Below are positions 25,833 to 32,000 of a stretch of DNA of 32,000 nucleotides, in pieces; within the stretch, counting starts at the first letter, position 1; the number at the start of each line of letters is the position of its first letter. The DNA is from Patescibacteria group bacterium (lineage in GTDB: Bacteria > Patescibacteriota > UBA1384 > XYA2-FULL-43-10). The notes under the pieces are model-generated. The model was not told where the DNA came from. It did not search any database and was given only the letters and a program-made list of their open reading frames with translations. The DNA is taken from the NCBI GenBank assembly GCA_041674405.1, contig JBAYVT010000005.1:30001-62000 (forward strand). Reading direction: 5' to 3'. The translations under genes and the position numbers were made by a program.

Positions 25833-25886
25833 GTTAACTCCTATAAAATTTAACTAAGAACTAATAATTAAAAACCGACAACCAAT

Positions 25887-26408
25887 TTAACTTATTTTTT
25901 CTCTGTATTGCGAAAGCACATTTACAAGCCCGCGGATATTGCCGAGAAGGACATTGACCATACCAGAAAGTGGAGCGGCGAGTGAGCCAACCACCTTGGC
26001 ATACAACTCTTCTTTTGAAGGAAGCGATGCCAATTGCTTAATCGCTCTCTCGTCGATGTATTCGTTTTCCAAAATTCCACCCAAAACTTCAATTGCTTCA
26101 TGCTCTTTGGCAAAAAGATCAATTTCTTTAGCGGGAGCAACTTCGTCTTCTGTCGCAAATGCGATTGCTAAGGGCTTATCTAAAAGCTCGGGGGCAACTT
26201 TGATTCCAGTATTCGACAGCGCAATTTTAAAAAGCGTGTTTTTGGTCACATGAAAATGGACTTTTTTCTCTCGAAGCCTGTTTCGAAGCTCTTCGGTTTC
26301 AGTTACTTTAAGCCCTTTGTAGCCGACCAAAACCGCACTTTTCGACTGCTTTAAGTGCTCGGTCAAAGTCTCAATCAATTTTTCTTTGTATTCTCGTGTT
26401 TTTGGCAT
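25887..26408 (-). CDS. rplJ: Large ribosomal subunit protein uL10
   Basis: MPKTREYKEKLIETLTEHLKQSKSAVLVGYKGLKVTETEELRNRLREKKVHFHVTKNTLFKIAL…; start at 26408, not the listed 26453. Confidence 0.93.
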   Translation of the reverse strand: MPKTREYKEKLIETLTEHLKQSKSAVLVGYKGLKVTETEELRNRLREKKVHFHVTKNTLFKIALSNTGIKVAPELLDKPLAIAFATEDEVAPAKEIDLFAKEHEAIEVLGGILENEYIDERAIKQLASLPSKEELYAKVVGSLAAPLSGMVNVLLGNIRGLVNVLSQYREKIS

Positions 26409-26443
26409 TGTTGCTCCGATGATATTAAAAATATCTGCGTAAA

Positions 26444-26534
26444 CCGCAGACAAATATCAAACTTAAAAAGTTTGAGGTTATCCTACACAAGATATTTAAT
26501 CTCGCCCCGACAGGACGGAACTTGTGGTCTGCGG
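26444..26534 (-). ncRNA. L10 (rplJL) ribosomal protein leader
   Basis: Between rplA and rplJ. Closing helix CCGCAGAC (26534-26527) / GTCTGCGG (26451-26444), with inner ACAAG/CTTGT and AAACTT/AAGTTT stems. Confidence 0.7.
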
Positions 26535-26538
26535 ATTA

Positions 26539-26572
26539 CCTGTTTAATTTAGCAAATTTCTCGAAATACGTC
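26539..26572 (-). promoter_or_regulatory. Putative rplJ promoter TTGACG - 17 nt - TAAATT
   Basis: Minus strand TTGACGTATTTCGAGAAATTTGCTAAATTAAACAGG, directly upstream of the L10 leader. Coordinates are approximate. Confidence 0.6.
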
Positions 26573-26574
26573 AA

Positions 26575-27366
26575 CTATTTTTTCGAAACGGCGAATCGGA
26601 CGCTTGGACCCATTGTGGAGGCAAGATATGCCGAAACAATTTTGCCCTTAGGAAGCGCGGAAAGAATTGCGTCAATGTTTGCTTGAATATCTTCATCTTT
26701 GAATGAAACCCTGCCAACCAAAACATGGACAATATTCGTTTTATCAGCTTTGAATTCCAGTTTTCCACCCTTGAATTCAGCCGCAACTTTTGTGACATCA
26801 TCAGTCACGGTTCCTGTTTTCGGGTTCGGCATCATACCCTTCGGCCCGAGAATTTTAGCTAGTTGCGCCAATTTTGGCATCATAGCCGGGCTTGTAACCA
26901 CTAGATCAAAATCGATTTTTCCAGACTTTACTTTTTCAACAAATTCATCAATATTTTTTTCTGTTACTTCTGCAACATTTTTTTGCTTTGCAGCGCCGCC
27001 CGGCAAATTCACTGTGCCGCGAATGTTTTCTGTTTTTTTATCTATTCGAACATGTAGTTCGATTGAAGAATCAAATTTGGTAGTCGACGTTTCTTTAACC
27101 AATTTAATAGCATCGATTTCTTCGTATGTCTCACTTTTTTCAATCTTTGTTTCAACTTCACGATATTTTTTGCCGTGACGAGGAGCTTTTCGGATATTTT
27201 TAATAACCGCTTCGGCTTTTTTTTCTGCTTTAGCTTCTGCTTTGGCTTCTTCAATTTCCTTCTTGATTTCTCGCTCTCGCTCTTCTGCAGCCTTCAAAAT
27301 CTTTTTTTCGTCAATGATTTCTTCTTCAGTGACTTCGCTTACTTTTTCTTCTTTTTCTTTCGCCAT
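26575..27366 (-). CDS. rplA: Large ribosomal subunit protein uL1 with Lys/Glu-rich N-terminal extension
   Basis: MAKEKEEKVSEV… start after AAGGAGAAAA; HGKKYREVETKIEKSETYEEIDAIKLVKETSTTKFDSSIELHVRI, GILGPKGMMPNPKTGTVT-type motif. Confidence 0.93.
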   Translation of the reverse strand: MAKEKEEKVSEVTEEEIIDEKKILKAAEEREREIKKEIEEAKAEAKAEKKAEAVIKNIRKAPRHGKKYREVETKIEKSETYEEIDAIKLVKETSTTKFDSSIELHVRIDKKTENIRGTVNLPGGAAKQKNVAEVTEKNIDEFVEKVKSGKIDFDLVVTSPAMMPKLAQLAKILGPKGMMPNPKTGTVTDDVTKVAAEFKGGKLEFKADKTNIVHVLVGRVSFKDEDIQANIDAILSALPKGKIVSAYLASTMGPSVRFAVSKK

Positions 27367-27430
27367 TTTTCTCCTTATGTGGTCAAGCGACCGCCCGAGG
27401 CGGCCTCCCACTAAATTAATTAACACAAAA

Positions 27431-27459
27431 TTTATATCAAAAAAAACAAGAATGTTCAA
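27431..27459 (-). promoter_or_regulatory. rplA promoter TTGAAC - 17 nt - TATAAA
   Basis: Minus strand TTGAACATTCTTGTTTTTTTTGATATAAA. Confidence 0.75.
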
Positions 27460-27468
27460 CCTTTTTCA

Positions 27469-27497
27469 TTGACTGTATTGAAAAAACATTGTATATT
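27469..27497 (+). promoter_or_regulatory. Promoter TTGACT - 17 nt - TATATT for the small ORF at 27541, divergent from rplA
   Basis: TTGACT 27469-27474, spacer 17, TATATT 27492-27497. Confidence 0.75.
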
Positions 27498-27540
27498 CTT
27501 CCTACCCCTTGCGATACTCCCAAAGAGAGGAGGTGGCAAC

Positions 27541-27792
27541 ATGTTGGATCAGATGCCGGCAGAAACAAGCGCCGCTGCCAAGCAACTCGATGAGGCAATA
27601 TTGGCAACACTCTCTGCTGAAGCTGGTCTCCCCTATCCAGTGCTGGCCATACTGGATTCTGTTCGACATCGTACCCAGTCAAGGATAGAAGAACATGCCT
27701 TGCTCAGACGACTAGGCCACTTAGTGCAGATGGGCACAATCAAGCAAGACCGGGACCGCCGCTCCGGCTCACCAAGATGGCGAATCCGATAG
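27541..27792 (+). CDS. Small (83 aa) protein, possibly winged-helix-like
   Basis: ATG preceded by GAGGAGGTGGCAAC; MLDQMPAETSAAAKQLDEAILATLSAEAGLPYPVLAILDSVRHRTQSRIEEHALLRRLGHLVQMGTIKQDRDRRSGSPRWRIR. Own promoter and terminator. Confidence 0.7.
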   Translation: MLDQMPAETSAAAKQLDEAILATLSAEAGLPYPVLAILDSVRHRTQSRIEEHALLRRLGHLVQMGTIKQDRDRRSGSPRWRIR

Positions 27793-27800
27793 GGGGAGGT

Positions 27801-27822
27801 GATCGTGTTGCCTCACACGATC
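27801..27822 (+). other. Perfect 8-bp hairpin GATCGTGT-TGCCTC-ACACGATC
   Basis: Read directly, immediately after GGGGGAGGT and the stop of the small ORF. Confidence 0.8.
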
Positions 27823-27832
27823 AATAGCCGAT

Positions 27833-27868
27833 GACGGCCCGCATCCCCGCGGGCCGTCAAAGCTTTTT
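27833..27868 (+). terminator. Intrinsic terminator: GACGGCCCGC-ATCCCC-GCGGGCCGTC then T5
   Basis: Perfect 10-bp stem at 27833-27858, T-tract 27864-27868. It starts before the pth 3' end and overlaps the start of the pth stop region at 27867. Confidence 0.85.
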
Positions 27869-28490
27869 AATCAGACATTTTAGTACTCAAGGTCGTTGCC
27901 TTTATCGGCTCTTTTGATCCGATAAAATTTAGAATATATTCGTTCGCAATATCTATGGCTGAATCGATAATTTTTTTTTCGCGATCACTAAATTTTGATA
28001 GAACAAAATCCTTTGTATCGATTGGTCCGTCAACTTTTTCGACAACCTGTTCCCCGCCGTTAATTGGCAAAATTCCAATTCTAACACGAATAAAACCGTC
28101 AGACCCAAGCGTATCAATAATGTTTTGAATCCCATTATGTCCGGCACTGCCGCCTTTTAATTTAATTTGGGCATGGCCAACAGGGATATCGATATCATCA
28201 TGATAAACAATAAGCTGGCCTATCCCAGCCTTGTAAAACTGCAGTATTTTATTTACAGCCTCACCCGATAAATTCATAAATGTATTAGGCTTTACAAAGA
28301 TTACTTTTTCGCCTTTTGTGCTGACTTGGCATATTTCAGCGTTAAACTTTTTATCAAAATGAAGTTCATTTTCATTCTCAACGCATAACTCCTTTTCTTT
28401 AAGCAGCGCATCTATGGCAAAAAAACCCGCATTGTGGCGAGTGCCTTCGTACTCTTTGCCATGGTTACCAAGGCCTACAATAATTTTCAT
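27867..28490 (-). CDS. pth: Peptidyl-tRNA hydrolase
   Basis: MKIIVGLGNHGKEYEGTRHNAGFFAIDAL, VKPNTFMNLSGEAV, LIVYHDDIDIPVGHAQIKLKGGSAGHNGIQNI. Confidence 0.93.
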   Translation of the reverse strand: MKIIVGLGNHGKEYEGTRHNAGFFAIDALLKEKELCVENENELHFDKKFNAEICQVSTKGEKVIFVKPNTFMNLSGEAVNKILQFYKAGIGQLIVYHDDIDIPVGHAQIKLKGGSAGHNGIQNIIDTLGSDGFIRVRIGILPINGGEQVVEKVDGPIDTKDFVLSKFSDREKKIIDSAIDIANEYILNFIGSKEPIKATTLSTKMSD

Positions 28491-28503
28491 ACTTCCTCAT
28501 ACT

Positions 28504-28809
28504 TTAAAGGCCAGGAATATTCAAACTTCCCGCAATAGCCTTCATCTTTTCAGCAGCATGGGCCTGAGATCGTGAAACAGCCTGTGAAACTGCATTTTTT
28601 AAATCATTCTCCAATGCCCTCTTGTTTTCCGGCTTCAAGGATTCCTCGTCAATATCAATATCGGTTAAATGCTGTTCTCCATTGAACACAACTGTAACCC
28701 AACCATCATTGCTTTTGGCTTCAATCTCGGTATTTTTAAGTTCTTTCTGAATTGCTCTCGCTTTCTTCTGAAGTTCGTACAATTCTTTTGCTTTGGAAAA
28801 ATCTACCAT
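28504..28809 (-). CDS. YbaB/EbfC-family nucleoid-associated protein
   Basis: MVDFSKAKELYELQKKARAIQKELKNTEIEAKSNDGWVTVVFNGEQHLTDIDIDEESLKP…; start at 28809. Confidence 0.82.
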   Translation of the reverse strand: MVDFSKAKELYELQKKARAIQKELKNTEIEAKSNDGWVTVVFNGEQHLTDIDIDEESLKPENKRALENDLKNAVSQAVSRSQAHAAEKMKAIAGSLNIPGL

Positions 28810-28855
28810 ATAATCCTTTCTCAAATTAGAAGTTTGAATTTGATTTTTTAATGTT

Positions 28856-29530
28856 TTATGCAGAAAACATATTTTTTATTGCGAAGATAAATATACTCAA
28901 AATAAATGCAAGTATCAATAGAGCAAGAACCGTAACCAAAATCGAGATAAGCTCAGGTGTCGCCAGAAACCCTAAAGAAGGCCTAAAATGTGTATAACGG
29001 AAAATAATAAAAACCACAAATAGTATCACCAAAATTGAAACAAGAATATTTCTCATATCCACTACTGATGGTGTCATCGTGACAGCGATAGATAAAATTA
29101 AGTAAAAAGCCACAATTGTTGATATGCTGGTAAAATTGAGGGACTTCATCGAATCAATGAACCAATGAAAGATGCTTTGAGCATTAAATGTGACCTCGCT
29201 GACATTCAGCGTTTTGAAACCAATAAATTTTGACAAAAAATAGATTGCCAAAGCGCCGATCACAAAAGGAGAAAGAGAAATCAATATTGGGCCAATTATT
29301 GGTATTTTGGAGTGGCCATGTTTAACCTCGCCGCCATCAGATTTAAAAAAATTAATTGAGACAACTTTTGCACCAGTTAACAAGCAAAAGAAAGCATGAG
29401 AAAGTTCGTGAAGGATTATTCCTGGAGCAACAAAAATTCGGTAAAAACCGCCAGTAGCGTATGACAACATCATATTAATCCCAAAAGATAGCACAAGAAT
29501 CGATAATATTATGATTGTAAATTGCAGCAC
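28856..29530 (-). CDS. Membrane M50-like zinc metallopeptidase
   Basis: Multiple TM segments with HELSH (HExxH) in APGIILHELSHAFFCLLTGAKVVSINFF. Confidence 0.7.
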   Translation of the reverse strand: MLQFTIIILSILVLSFGINMMLSYATGGFYRIFVAPGIILHELSHAFFCLLTGAKVVSINFFKSDGGEVKHGHSKIPIIGPILISLSPFVIGALAIYFLSKFIGFKTLNVSEVTFNAQSIFHWFIDSMKSLNFTSISTIVAFYLILSIAVTMTPSVVDMRNILVSILVILFVVFIIFRYTHFRPSLGFLATPELISILVTVLALLILAFILSIFIFAIKNMFSA

Positions 29531-29546
29531 TTCACCCCTCTTAAAA

Positions 29547-30584
29547 TTAATTATCTACAATACTTTTATCTTTATTGAAATATTTTAATTCAGCTTCGAT
29601 AAATCCATCTAAATTCCCACCTAGGACGGAATCAGGATCTTTTGATTCGTATTCAGTCCGATGATCTTTTACCATTTTGTAGGGATGGAGTATATATGAT
29701 CTAATTTGGCTCCCCCATTCAGGTTCCATGCTTTCACCACGCAGCTCCTCGATTTTTTCTTTGTGTTGAGACTCGAGCATCTTTGCCAGGCGCGCTTTTA
29801 GCACGCTCATTGCATTTTCTTTGTTTTGCAGTTGCGATCTTTCATTTTGGCAAGTAGCCACAATTCCAGTTGAAATATGAGTTATTCGGACAGCCGAATC
29901 AGTAGTATTTACTCCTTGACCACCCTTACCACTGGAACGAAAAGTGTCAATTTTCAGATCGCTTTCTTTTATCTCAAGTTCTTTATTGTTTTCAACTTTG
30001 GGCATCACCTCAACGAGAGAAAAAGAAGTTTGTCGCAGAGCTTTGGCATTAAATGGCGATTGCCTGACAAGCCGATGCACACCGCCTTCACCTTTTAGCT
30101 TTCCGTATACATAAGAGCCATCAATTTCCAATGTTGCGCTTTTTATTCCAGCAATACCACCTCTGGATTCATCGATGATCTTTACATCATACCCATTAGA
30201 CTCCGCCCACCTAATATACATCCGCATGAGCATTTCCGTCCAATCTTGGGCATCGTCTCCTCCAGCTCCGGCATAGAAATTTAGTATAGCTGAGTGGTCA
30301 TCATATTTGCCCGAAAAGAGTGCAAGGAGCTCCAATTTTTCAATTTCAGGAATCAGGGAATTCAGTTCGTTTTCGTCCGCTATTTCAGCCAATTCAGATA
30401 ATTCATCAAATTTTTCGGCCAGCTCTTTAAGATCTTTAAGCTCTCTTGCTTTCTCGTTTGACAAATTCTCGTCTGCCCAAAAAGAAGGAGAGCTCATTTC
30501 TTCTTCGATTTGTTTAATTCTATCCTTTTTTTCTCCGATATGAAGCAAGGTCTCCAAATCGAATAATCGTTTTTTTGCACCCAT
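29547..30584 (-). CDS. prfB: Peptide chain release factor 2
   Basis: [67 protein letters not shown]. Confidence 0.93.
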   Translation of the reverse strand: MGAKKRLFDLETLLHIGEKKDRIKQIEEEMSSPSFWADENLSNEKARELKDLKELAEKFDELSELAEIADENELNSLIPEIEKLELLALFSGKYDDHSAILNFYAGAGGDDAQDWTEMLMRMYIRWAESNGYDVKIIDESRGGIAGIKSATLEIDGSYVYGKLKGEGGVHRLVRQSPFNAKALRQTSFSLVEVMPKVENNKELEIKESDLKIDTFRSSGKGGQGVNTTDSAVRITHISTGIVATCQNERSQLQNKENAMSVLKARLAKMLESQHKEKIEELRGESMEPEWGSQIRSYILHPYKMVKDHRTEYESKDPDSVLGGNLDGFIEAELKYFNKDKSIVDN

Positions 30585-30617
30585 AAGTTCATATTACCAG
30601 ATTCTTGTTTTTCCGAG

Positions 30618-30659
30618 AATAAGAAAACCAGCCCATTGTATCGGGCTGGTTTTCTTATT
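30618..30659 (-). terminator. Perfect 17-bp stem terminator after the LPXTG protein gene; potentially bidirectional
   Basis: AATAAGAAAACCAGCCC ATTGTATC GGGCTGGTTTTCTTATT. Confidence 0.9.
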
Positions 30660-30662
30660 TAT

Positions 30663-32000
30663 TTAATTCACACTTTTTCTGGAGGCCTTAGTGAGTAATT
30701 TTTTTTGCTTGAGATAAGTCAAGTTTACTCCCGCAAACAAAGATCCAAGAAGGCTCAAAACCCCACCGGCTGCAGCGCCGGTCTTGGGAAGAGGGGTGCT
30801 TGCTGGCACAACTTTGGTCAAAATCACGGTTTGGGCAGTCGAAGAAATAGTATTTCCGCCCATAGACAAATATCCCGTATTTATCAGTTGTTCCCCAGCG
30901 GCAATATTTGCAGAAGTGATCACCCTGAATCTTACATAGCCTGATTGTCCAGGAGCTAAGGTGTTGATGATAAATCCCTTGGTGACATCTTCAGAAATTA
31001 CATGTTCAGTGCCATCCAAGTTAATTATCGCAGGAACCGAAGTATCCAGGGCAACATTGGCTGGAAGGACATCGGAAATCTTCACCTGGTCAGCTGGCCC
31101 ATCTCCAGTGTTTGCAAAATCAATTTTGTATTCCAGCATGTCTCCAGGAAAGGCTGTATTTGATTTGGAAAATTCCAATTCATTGCTGGTGATATTTCTA
31201 ACAACTTTATTGATCGACAAGACAGGCTCTCTGTGTGGTCTTAGAATTATAATCGTGATTGTATTTCCATACTCGTTAAATAATTTATCATCGAAATGAA
31301 AACCATTTTGCGGGTTATCAGGCAATGGGTCCATCACCTTAACCGTAAATTTCCTAACCACATTTTGCCCCGGATCAATTCGAACTTCCGGCCAAATTAC
31401 TTCTTTGGAATTATTACCTTCCTCTGGATTATCTTTGACAATACCCCCATTACTTATACTGACAATGTTTGATTCCTCTAACACATCGCCGATACCATCC
31501 GAAACCACAAAGTTAGTAGCAATGGTTCCGGTGTTTTTGGTGTTCAAGGTATAAATAATAACATCGCCAGGCCTGGCAGGAGTAGATGTCGCATCAACTT
31601 TCAAAGTATCATTATAAGCAGACTTTGAACGATGAATATTAACAACTCCGGCTTTCAAGTCAACAATGGCTTCATCGTTAACGTTAATATTACCTGAAAT
31701 TGCATAGGCAACATTCGTTACAGATTTTGCAACCAATATGTAAGAAGGCGCTTTTGCACGAAATTTAATCACCGCGCCATTTTCCGCGCCAACCTTAAGG
31801 CTGCCAATACTTACTCCACTAGCAAAAAATCCGGCTGCGTCAAGATTGGTTGTGCTGTCCTCTTTGGTCATCGTAAGGGAATTATCCACATAGGTTAAAT
31901 CCGAAGGCAGGCCATCAGAAGCTGTAACTTCCTCAAGCGTTGATTCTCCAGGATTGGTAATATTTATTTTGTATTCCACTGACTCGTTTTGATCTACAGA
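30663..32000 (-). CDS. Surface protein with DUF11-like repeats and C-terminal LPKTG sorting signal; 5' end lies outside the window
   Basis: Repeats such as GAENGAVIKFRAKAP and FPGDMLEYKIDFANTGDGPADQVKISDVLPANVALD; C-term PLPKTGAAAGGVLSLLGSLFAGVNLTYLKQKKLLTKASRK. Frame is open through base 32000. Confidence 0.85.
   Translation of the reverse strand, partial: SVDQNESVEYKINITNPGESTLEEVTASDGLPSDLTYVDNSLTMTKEDSTTNLDAAGFFASGVSIGSLKVGAENGAVIKFRAKAPSYILVAKSVTNVAYAISGNINVNDEAIVDLKAGVVNIHRSKSAYNDTLKVDATSTPARPGDVIIYTLNTKNTGTIATNFVVSDGIGDVLEESNIVSISNGGIVKDNPEEGNNSKEVIWPEVRIDPGQNVVRKFTVKVMDPLPDNPQNGFHFDDKLFNEYGNTITIIILRPHREPVLSINKVVRNITSNELEFSKSNTAFPGDMLEYKIDFANTGDGPADQVKISDVLPANVALDTSVPAIINLDGTEHVISEDVTKGFIINTLAPGQSGYVRFRVITSANIAAGEQLINTGYLSMGGNTISSTAQTVILTKVVPASTPLPKTGAAAGGVLSLLGSLFAGVNLTYLKQKKLLTKASRKSVN

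Noticed and set aside
25210-25857. 215-aa Ser/Ala-rich plus-strand ORF
   Set aside because: Antisense of rplL; clearly spurious.
27469-27540. N-terminal extension of the small ORF (MTVLKKHCIFFLPLAILPKRGGGN)
   Set aside because: This stretch contains the promoter and SD; the ATG at 27541 after GAGGAGG is the credible start.
30560-30617. Programmed +1 frameshift in prfB
   Set aside because: The RF2 reading frame starts cleanly with ATG GGT GCA AAA. The upstream sequence contains the previous terminator and no in-frame UGA slippery site (CUUUGA) was seen.
1-32000. CRISPR arrays, tRNA or rRNA genes, transposases, integrases
   Set aside because: I scanned by eye and found no regularly spaced direct repeats of CRISPR length, no tRNA T-arm/CCA pattern I could support, and no mobile-element proteins in the ORF track.

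Overview
The window looks like AT-rich Patescibacteria/CPR-type chromosomal DNA. This assignment is inferred from gene style and content, not tested. Housekeeping genes: a partial UvrD-like helicase with a Cas4-like nuclease domain, rmuC, rluD-like, secD/secF, an sbp-like gene, rplA / L10 leader / rplJ / rplL, tgt, pth, a YbaB/EbfC-like gene, an M50-like peptidase gene, prfB, and a partial LPXTG surface protein. The accessory part (about 8.5-24 kb) holds a minus-strand cluster with two HerA/VirD4-like ATPase paralogs, a sigma-70 region-4 + HARE-HTH-like regulator, and several uncharacterised proteins. The most unusual segment is a separate minus-strand transcription unit at about 20.62-22.10 kb. 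It has a consensus promoter (TTGACA-17-TACAAT) and a roughly 500-nt leader. The leader contains two tandem three-way-junction-like elements, each with a UUCG hairpin and a hairpin whose loop contains UUCCCCCUCC, plus further hairpins. It precedes a GC-rich Pro/Ala-rich membrane-protein ORF and a strong terminator. A second small GC-rich ORF unit, also with its own promoter and terminator, lies divergent from rplA. All calls come from reading the sequence by eye. No database search or folding computation was run.
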